DNA from: Candidatus Deferrimicrobiaceae bacterium
Lineage (GTDB): Bacteria; Desulfobacterota; Deferrimicrobia; Deferrimicrobiales; Deferrimicrobiaceae
Assembly: GCA_963792415.1 (NCBI GenBank)
Contig: CAWBVY010000006.1
Location: 96,001-160,000 of the forward strand
Reading direction: 5' to 3'
Length of the DNA: 64,000 nucleotides
Shown here: positions 56,423 to 64,000 of the stretch, piece after piece
How the letters are laid out: every line of letters starts with the position of its first letter
How positions within the stretch are numbered: position 1 is the stretch's first letter
Position numbers and translations under genes: made by a program
The notes under the pieces: model-generated
What the model saw: the letters and a program-made list of their open reading frames with translations, nothing else
Databases searched by the model: none
What the model was told of the DNA's origin: nothing

Positions 56423-56755
56423 TCAGGCCTCGTCCACCACGATGGTTATGTGACTGGTCCGCCGCTTGTACTTGTGGGCCCTTCCCATCGGCGCCGGCCG
56501 GAACCGTTTCTGCGAGGCCCCCTGGTTCACGCAGGCGCTCTTCACGTAGAGCATCCCGACATCGATCACGCCGGTCTGTCCGGCGTTGGCGATCGCCGAA
56601 TCGAGGACTTTCTTCACGGTCACGGCGGCCGCCTTGTTCGCAAGGGCGAGGATCGTCCTTGCATCGGCGATCTTCTTCCCCCGGATCAGGTCCACCACGA
56701 GGCGCGCCTTCCTCGGGGAGATGCGCATGAACTTGGCCGTCGCGGTTGCTTCCAT
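56423..56755 (-). CDS. rplV: 50S ribosomal protein L22
   Basis: RISPRKARLVVDLIRG, SAIANA, TSHITI. Confidence 0.96.
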   Translation of the reverse strand: MEATATAKFMRISPRKARLVVDLIRGKKIADARTILALANKAAAVTVKKVLDSAIANAGQTGVIDVGMLYVKSACVNQGASQKRFRPAPMGRAHKYKRRTSHITIVVDEA

Positions 56756-56777
56756 CTGCTGCTCTCCTTATCCGCTC

Positions 56778-57059
56778 TTACTTCTTTACCTTGGCCTTGC
56801 GGTCTCCCGAGTGGCCGTGGAACGTCCGCGTGGGCGAGAACTCGCCGAACTTGTGGCCCACCATGTTTTCCGTGACGAAGACGGGCATGAACTTCCGTCC
56901 GTTGTGCACGGCGAACGTGTATCCCACCATCTCGGGAGTGATGGTCGAGCGCCGGGACCAGGTCTTGATGATCTTCTTGTCTCCGGTTTCGACGGCCTTG
57001 CCCAACTTTCTTGCAAGGCCTTCCTCCACGTACGGTCCCTTCTTGATGGATCGCCCCAC
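56778..57059 (-). CDS. rpsS: 30S ribosomal protein S19
   Basis: [26 protein letters not shown]. Confidence 0.97.
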   Translation of the reverse strand: MGRSIKKGPYVEEGLARKLGKAVETGDKKIIKTWSRRSTITPEMVGYTFAVHNGRKFMPVFVTENMVGHKFGEFSPTRTFHGHSGDRKAKVKK

Positions 57060-57077
57060 GTCGAAACCCCTTTTCCT

Positions 57078-57902
57078 TTATTTTCCGCGCCGCTTGACGA
57101 TGTACTTGTCGGTCGACGGGTTCTTCCGCGTCTTGTACCCCTTCGTCGGCTTCCCCCACGGGGTGCAGGGATGCCGTCCTCCGGAAGACCGCCCCTCGCC
57201 GCCCCCATGGGGGTGGTCGACGGGATTCATCACGACGCCGCGGACCGTCGGGCGAATTCCCTTCCAACGATTACGGCCCGCCTTGCCGATCGAAACCTTT
57301 TCATGGTCGACGTTTCCGACCTGCCCGATCGTCGCCATGCATTCGATGAAGACCAGCCGGACCTCCCCGGATGCGAGGCGGAGGTGCGCGTACGACCCCT
57401 CCTTGGCCAGGATCTGGGCGACCGACCCGGCGGATCGGGCGATCTGTCCGCCCTTCCCGACCTTGAGCTCGATGTTGTGCACGAGCGTGCCGACCGGGAT
57501 GTTCCGGATCGGGAGGGCGTTTCCAGGCTTGATGTCGGCGCCGGGGCCCGAAAGAATCTTGTCCCCCACGGAAATTCCGACCGGACAGAGGATGTAGCGC
57601 TTCTCCCCGTCCGCGTAGTTCAGCAGCGCGAGCCGCGCGGAGCGGTTCGGGTCGTATTCAATGGCCGCAACGGTCGCGGGGACGTCCTTCTTGTTTCTCT
57701 TGAAGTCGACGATCCGGTACCTGCGCTTGTGGCCCCCGCCGCGGTGCCACACCGTGGTATCCCCGAGGTTGTTCCTGCCGCCGCTTCCCGAAAGACTCTC
57801 CGTCAGAGCGCGTTCGGGCTTCTTCTTCGTCAGATCGTCCATGATGAGGACGGTCATGCCCCGTCGCCCGGGGGAGGTCGGCTTGTAGTTCCGGATGCCC
57901 AT
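57078..57902 (-). CDS. rplB: 50S ribosomal protein L2
   Basis: [31 protein letters not shown]. Confidence 0.97.
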   Translation of the reverse strand: MGIRNYKPTSPGRRGMTVLIMDDLTKKKPERALTESLSGSGGRNNLGDTTVWHRGGGHKRRYRIVDFKRNKKDVPATVAAIEYDPNRSARLALLNYADGEKRYILCPVGISVGDKILSGPGADIKPGNALPIRNIPVGTLVHNIELKVGKGGQIARSAGSVAQILAKEGSYAHLRLASGEVRLVFIECMATIGQVGNVDHEKVSIGKAGRNRWKGIRPTVRGVVMNPVDHPHGGGEGRSSGGRHPCTPWGKPTKGYKTRKNPSTDKYIVKRRGK

Positions 57903-57944
57903 CGCAGTCTCTCCTTAAAAAGAGGGGCGCGTACGCCGCGCCCG

Positions 57945-58232
57945 TCAGACGCCTTCGAAGAACTCGATCTTGTCGCCCGCCTTCAGCACGACCACGGCCT
58001 TCTTCCACCCCGGACGGAGCCCCACCGTGCGGCCGCGCCGCTTCACCTTGCCGGCGACGTTCATCGTCCGGACGTCGTCGACCTTCACCTTGAACATCTT
58101 CTCGACGGCCTCGCGGACTTCCTTCTTGTTGGCGCGCTTGTCGACGGCGAACAGGACCGCGTTCGACATCGCCTTCAGCGAGGTCGCCTTCTCCGTGATC
58201 AACGGCCGCTTGATGACGTCGGATAGATTCAT
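57945..58232 (-). CDS. rplW: 50S ribosomal protein L23
   Basis: PLITEKA, ANK..V..AVE, WKKAVV.L. Confidence 0.96.
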   Translation of the reverse strand: MNLSDVIKRPLITEKATSLKAMSNAVLFAVDKRANKKEVREAVEKMFKVKVDDVRTMNVAGKVKRRGRTVGLRPGWKKAVVVLKAGDKIEFFEGV

Positions 58233-58852
58233 ATCGCCAGCACCTCGGTGATTTTCTCGAGAGCCGCGCCGGTCAGCACGAGCTGGTCGTACGACAGGAT
58301 GTCGTACACGTTCAGCGCCTTGGCGGGAAGGGTCTTGAACCCCTTGAGGTTCCGGATGCCAAGCGCCAGGTTTTCGGGCTCCCCGTCGATGACGATCAAA
58401 GCGTCGCTGAGGCCGAGCGCGAGCGCGACCTTGAGGAATTCCTTCGTCTTCGGGGACGGGAGGGAGAGGTCGTCCACGAGGACGATCTTGTTCTCGAGCG
58501 CCTTCGCGGTCAGGGCGCTGCGCAAAGCCGCCTTCATCTCCTTCCGGTTCACCTTTCCGTCGTACTTCCGGGGGTGGGGTCCGAATACGGTGCCACCGCC
58601 CCTCAGGAGCGGAGAGCGGGACGTTCCCATGCGGGCACGGCCCGTCCCTTTCTGGCGGAACGGCTTCTTCCCGCCTCCGCGGACGTCCTTGCGGGTTTTC
58701 GTGTCGTGCGTTCCCGCGCGTGCGGCCGCCAGCTTGGCCGTCACGACGTGATGCATCAGGTGCGTCTTCACCTCGGCGCCGAAAATGGAATCGGGAAGTT
58801 CGACAGTCCCGGTCCCCTTCCGCTCCTTGTTCACGATTTCCACGGTAGCCAT
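58229..58852 (-). CDS. rplD: 50S ribosomal protein L4
   Basis: [25 protein letters not shown]. Confidence 0.97.
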   Translation of the reverse strand: MATVEIVNKERKGTGTVELPDSIFGAEVKTHLMHHVVTAKLAAARAGTHDTKTRKDVRGGGKKPFRQKGTGRARMGTSRSPLLRGGGTVFGPHPRKYDGKVNRKEMKAALRSALTAKALENKIVLVDDLSLPSPKTKEFLKVALALGLSDALIVIDGEPENLALGIRNLKGFKTLPAKALNVYDILSYDQLVLTGAALEKITEVLAI

Positions 58853-58867
58853 CTCGCGCTCCTCGCC

Positions 58868-59503
58868 TTACGCCGGTTTCTTCACGGCCCGGCGTACGAA
58901 CACCAGGCTGTTTTTCGCGCCAGGCACGGCGCCGCGAACGAGCAGCAGATTCTTCTCGGGCTCCACCCCGACCACGCGGAGGTTGAGGATCGTGACCCGC
59001 TCGTTCCCGTACTGGCCCGCCATTTTCATGTTCTTGATGACGCGAGATGGGTACGCCGAGGCGCCGATGGATCCGGGAGCGCGATGGAACATGGAACCGT
59101 GCGTCGCGCGTCCGCCCTTGAAGTTCCAGCGCTTGATGACGCCGGTGAACCCGCGCCCCTTGCTGTGCCCCATCACGTCGACGACATCGCCTTCCTTGAA
59201 GATGTCGACTTTGATCTCGGCGCCGATATCCAGCGGTTCGGCCGCTTCGACCCGAATCTCCTGGAGGGCGCTGAACGCGCCTTTTCCCGCCTTCTGGAAG
59301 TGCCCCAGCATCGGCTTTCCGACCTTGGCGGCCTTCGTCTGGCGGAATCCGATCTGCACCGCGTCGTACCCGTCGGTTCTCGCGGTTTTCCGCTGTATCA
59401 CCGTGCAGGGTCCGGCCTCGATCACGGTGACCGGGATCACTTTCCCCTCCGTGTCGAACACCTGGGACATGCCCAGTTTCTTTCCCAATATTCCGGTCGT
59501 CAT
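58868..59503 (-). CDS. rplC: 50S ribosomal protein L3
   Basis: [36 protein letters not shown]. Confidence 0.97.
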   Translation of the reverse strand: MTTGILGKKLGMSQVFDTEGKVIPVTVIEAGPCTVIQRKTARTDGYDAVQIGFRQTKAAKVGKPMLGHFQKAGKGAFSALQEIRVEAAEPLDIGAEIKVDIFKEGDVVDVMGHSKGRGFTGVIKRWNFKGGRATHGSMFHRAPGSIGASAYPSRVIKNMKMAGQYGNERVTILNLRVVGVEPEKNLLLVRGAVPGAKNSLVFVRRAVKKPA

Positions 59504-59546
59504 GGTTTGCCCCTGCTTCCGTTCTCGGTCGTTTTCGTCGTTCCGG

Positions 59547-59861
59547 TCAGAGCTTGATCTCGACTTCGACGCCGGCGGGCAGATCGAGCTTCATCAGGGC
59601 GTCGATCGTTGCGCCGGGGGGTTCGTGGATGTCGAGGAGACGCTTGTGCGTCCGGATCTCGAACTGTTCCCGGCTCTTCTTGTCCCCGTGGGGGGACCTG
59701 TTGACCGTGAAGCGCTGGATATGGGTCGGAAGGGGAATCGGCCCCGCGACCTTGGCGCCCGTCTGCCGCGCCTTTTCGACGATGTCACCGGTCGCCTTGT
59801 CCAGAAGCCTGGAATCGAAGGCCTTCAGCCGGATCCGTATCTTCTGGTGCTCTATCGCCAC
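59547..59861 (-). CDS. rpsJ: 30S ribosomal protein S10
   Basis: [30 protein letters not shown]. Confidence 0.97.
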   Translation of the reverse strand: MAIEHQKIRIRLKAFDSRLLDKATGDIVEKARQTGAKVAGPIPLPTHIQRFTVNRSPHGDKKSREQFEIRTHKRLLDIHEPPGATIDALMKLDLPAGVEVEIKL

Positions 59862-59891
59862 GTCGGTGTCCCCCCTTGACCTTTCCTTGCC

Positions 59892-61091
<1,200 letters not shown>

Positions 61092-61131
61092 GTGTGCTAC
61101 CCTCCTCCCCGCGGATTCCCGAGATTCCCTG

Positions 61132-63213
61132 TTATGCGCCCTTTACCTTGGCGATGACTTCCTCGCTGACGGACTGCGGCGCGGGCTCGTAATGGTCGAA
61201 CTGCATGGTGTATGTGGCGCGCCCCTGGGTCTTTGACCGCAGGTCGGTCGCGTAGCCGAACATCTGGGCCAACGGCACGTGCGCTCCGATCACCTGCGTG
61301 TTTCCCCGGGCCTCGATTCCCTGGATTCTTCCGCGGCGGGAGCTCAGATCCCCGATGACGTCCCCGGTGAAATCCTCGGGGCAGACGACCTCGACCCCCA
61401 TGACCGGCTCGAGCAGGATGGCCCCGGCGCCCTTGCAGGCAGCCTTGAACGCCATCGACCCGGCGATCTTGAAAGCCATCTCCGAGGAGTCGACCTCGTG
61501 ATACGAGCCTTCGATCAGGGAGACCGTGACGTCGACCACGGGGTAGCCGGCGATCACGCCACCCTCCGCCGCCTCGACGATCCCCTTCTCGACGGCCGGG
61601 ATATACTCCCGCGGAATCGAGCCTCCGACGATCTTGTTGACGAACTCGAACCCCTTCCCCTTTTCCGACGGGTCGACGGTGATCCATACGTGGCCGTACT
61701 GGCCGCGACCGCCGGTCTGGCGGATATATCGTCCTTCCTGCTTCGCATGGCGGGTGATCGTTTCGCGATAGGCGACCTGGGGACGCCCGACGTTCGCCTC
61801 GACCTTGAACTCGCGCAGGAGGCGGTCGACGATGATCTCGAGGTGGAGTTCGCCCATCCCGGAAATGAGGGTCTGCCCCGTCTCCTCGTCGTTCCGGACC
61901 TGGAAGGAGGGGTCCTCCATCATCAGTTTCTGGAGGGAGAAGCCGAGTTTCTCCTGGTCGGCCTTGGTCTTCGGCTCGATGGCGATGGAGATGACCGGTG
62001 CGGGAGACGTGATCGACTCGAGGATGATCTCGTGGTCCTGGTTGCAGAGGGTGTCGCCCGTGTAGGCGGTCTTCAGTCCGACCACCGCGGCGATCTCGCC
62101 GGCGTAGATGGTCTTTATCTCTTCCCGCTTGTTGGCGTGCATCTTCAGGAGGCGGCCGACACGCTCCTTTTTCTGGCGGACCGAATTGTAGATGAAGTCT
62201 CCCGAGCTGAGCACGCCGGAATAGACCCGCACGAAGGTGAGGTGCCCCACGAACGGGTCGTTCATGATCTTGAAGGCGAGAGCTGAGAAGGGCTCATCGT
62301 CGGAAGGCTTTCGGGTTACCTCGGCCTTTCCGTGCGGGTCGATTCCGACGACCGGCGGGATATCGACCGGGGACGGGAGGTAATCGACCACCGCGTCGAG
62401 CATCGGCTGAACGCCCTTGTTGCGGAACGCCGTGCCGCAGACGACCGGGGTGATCCGGTTTCCGATGGTGGCCTGCCGGATCGCGCTCATGAACTCATCG
62501 ACGGGGATGTCCTGACCGAGCAGGTACCGTTCCACGAGCGTGTCGTCGACGTCGGCCACCGCCTCGAGCAGGCGCTCCCGTGCGGCGACGGCATCGGCCG
62601 CCATGTCGTCGGGGACCGGCTCGTCATGGAACTTCGCCCCGAGGGTGTCTTCCTCCCAGACGATCGCCTTCATCCGGACCAGATCGATGATCCCGCGGAA
62701 GGAGTCTTCCTTCCCGAGGGGAAGCTGGATCGGCACTGGATTGGCGGCGAGGCGTTCCCTCATCATCCGGACCACGCGCTCGAAATCGGCGCCGATACGG
62801 TCCATTTTATTGACCATGGCGAGGCGGGGAACCCGGAATTTATCCGCCTGGCGCCACACCGTCTCGGACTGGGGCTCCACTCCGCCGACCGCGCAGAATA
62901 CCGCAACCGCGCCGTCGAGAACCCGAAGGGAACGCTCCACCTCGATCGTGAAGTCGACGTGCCCGGGCGTGTCGATGATATTGATCCGGTGCCCCCGCCA
63001 GAAGCACGTCGTCGCGGCGGAGGTGATGGTGATGCCCCGCTCCTGCTCCTGCTCCATCCAGTCCATCGTGGCGGTGCCGTCGTGGACCTCTCCCATCTTG
63101 TGGGAGACGCCGGTGTAGTAGAGCACGCGCTCGGTCGTCGTCGTCTTCCCGGCGTCGATGTGGGCCATGATCCCGATGTTCCGGGTTTTTTCGAGCGTTG
63201 ACACTCTGGACAC
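61132..63213 (-). CDS. fusA: Elongation factor G
   Basis: [38 protein letters not shown]. Confidence 0.98.
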   Translation of the reverse strand: MSRVSTLEKTRNIGIMAHIDAGKTTTTERVLYYTGVSHKMGEVHDGTATMDWMEQEQERGITITSAATTCFWRGHRINIIDTPGHVDFTIEVERSLRVLDGAVAVFCAVGGVEPQSETVWRQADKFRVPRLAMVNKMDRIGADFERVVRMMRERLAANPVPIQLPLGKEDSFRGIIDLVRMKAIVWEEDTLGAKFHDEPVPDDMAADAVAARERLLEAVADVDDTLVERYLLGQDIPVDEFMSAIRQATIGNRITPVVCGTAFRNKGVQPMLDAVVDYLPSPVDIPPVVGIDPHGKAEVTRKPSDDEPFSALAFKIMNDPFVGHLTFVRVYSGVLSSGDFIYNSVRQKKERVGRLLKMHANKREEIKTIYAGEIAAVVGLKTAYTGDTLCNQDHEIILESITSPAPVISIAIEPKTKADQEKLGFSLQKLMMEDPSFQVRNDEETGQTLISGMGELHLEIIVDRLLREFKVEANVGRPQVAYRETITRHAKQEGRYIRQTGGRGQYGHVWITVDPSEKGKGFEFVNKIVGGSIPREYIPAVEKGIVEAAEGGVIAGYPVVDVTVSLIEGSYHEVDSSEMAFKIAGSMAFKAACKGAGAILLEPVMGVEVVCPEDFTGDVIGDLSSRRGRIQGIEARGNTQVIGAHVPLAQMFGYATDLRSKTQGRATYTMQFDHYEPAPQSVSEEVIAKVKGA

Positions 63214-63246
63214 GAGCCGTCCCTTCCCTTCCCTGCCGCCGCGCCC

Positions 63247-63717
63247 TTACCAGCGGTAGTGCGCGAACGCCTTGTTCGCTTCGGCCATCTTGTGGGTGTC
63301 TTCCTTCTTCTTGAACGTGTTGCCGCGGTTGTTGTAGGCGTCGAGGAGCTCGCCCGAGAGGCGCTGGATCATGGTCTTCTCGGCCCGCTCCCGCGCGTAC
63401 CCGACCAGCCAGCGGATCGAGAGGGACTGGCGCCGTTCCGGACGGATCTCGATCGGTACCTGGTAGGTGGCGCCGCCGACCCTGCGGGACTTGACCTCGA
63501 CGACCGGTTTCACGTTCTCGATCGCCTTTTTCAGAACCGCGACGGGGTCTTCCTTCGTCTTTTCCTTGAGGACGTCCAGTGATCCGTACACGACGTTCTC
63601 CGCGACCCGCGCCTTCCCGTCGAGCATGATGGCGTGGATCATCTTGGCGACCAGCACGTCGCCGTACACGGGATCGGGCGAAACGACCCGCTTGGAAACG
63701 AAACCTCTCCTGGGCAT
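63247..63717 (-). CDS. rpsG: 30S ribosomal protein S7
   Basis: MPRR..., [30 protein letters not shown]. Confidence 0.97.
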   Translation of the reverse strand: MPRRGFVSKRVVSPDPVYGDVLVAKMIHAIMLDGKARVAENVVYGSLDVLKEKTKEDPVAVLKKAIENVKPVVEVKSRRVGGATYQVPIEIRPERRQSLSIRWLVGYARERAEKTMIQRLSGELLDAYNNRGNTFKKKEDTHKMAEANKAFAHYRW

Positions 63718-63879
63718 ACGATCGAACCCCCTCGGCCAGTTGCCTCGGAATGGGAAACACACGACAACAAAAGTTCCCGCCTCACAAGCACTGAGGCGGG
63801 AGCGGTACCAAACCTGCTTTACCCTTCCCGGCAGAGCCGCCGGGGATTGGAAGGAACCTCTACGCTGAAAGTGGGGAAG

Positions 63880-64000
63880 CTATTTGGGCCGCTTCGTACC
63901 GTACTTCGACCGCGACTTCCGTCTGTCCTGGACACCAACGGAATCCAGCTTCCCACGGATGATGTGATAGCGAACGCCGGGAAGGTCCTTTACGCGCCCC
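63880..64000 (-). CDS. rpsL: 30S ribosomal protein S12 (3' end only)
   Basis: Manual translation [39 protein letters not shown]-stop. Confidence 0.96.
   Translation of the reverse strand, partial: GRVKDLPGVRYHIIRGKLDSVGVQDRRKSRSKYGTKRPK

Noticed and set aside
63795-63830. TGGTACCGC on the minus strand resembling a T-box antiterminator bulge
   Set aside because: No recognisable stem I or specifier loop, flanking helix pairing is weak, and the context is not amino-acid related.

Overview
GC-rich bacterial chromosomal segment, almost entirely housekeeping genes on the minus strand. Gene content and order suggest a deltaproteobacterial-type (Desulfobacterota/Myxococcota-like) organism, which is inference. 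Reading in the direction of transcription (right to left): str/S10/spc/alpha ribosomal superoperon (rpsL partial to rplQ); a fur-feoB-small Cys-rich protein-DtxR/FeoA-PEGA cluster behind a palindromic operator; ftsB and a membrane GAF/GGDEF diguanylate cyclase; argS-SPOR-trpE-trpGD-trpC-trpB2-trpF-trpB1-trpA-accD-folC-lptD-epimerase-lepA-lepB; a PyrR-attenuated pyrR-pyrB-pyrC-carA-radical SAM-carB-recG cluster; a small accessory islet (Lys-rich protein, membrane-anchored hypothetical, aldo/keto reductase); and alaC-hom-thrC-apgM-like-thioesterase-glpX. I found no rRNA, tRNA, CRISPR array, prophage or transposase, and no clearly novel multi-gene system. The most notable signals are two non-coding elements bounded by inverted repeats and sitting at regulatory junctions (pyr leader; ftsB/GGDEF), a frameshift in lepA at a G9 run, a probable CTG start for trpC, trpB2 embedded beside trpB1, a Cys-rich insertion in EF-Tu, an unusual feo operon, and an AT-rich synonymous patch inside pyrB.
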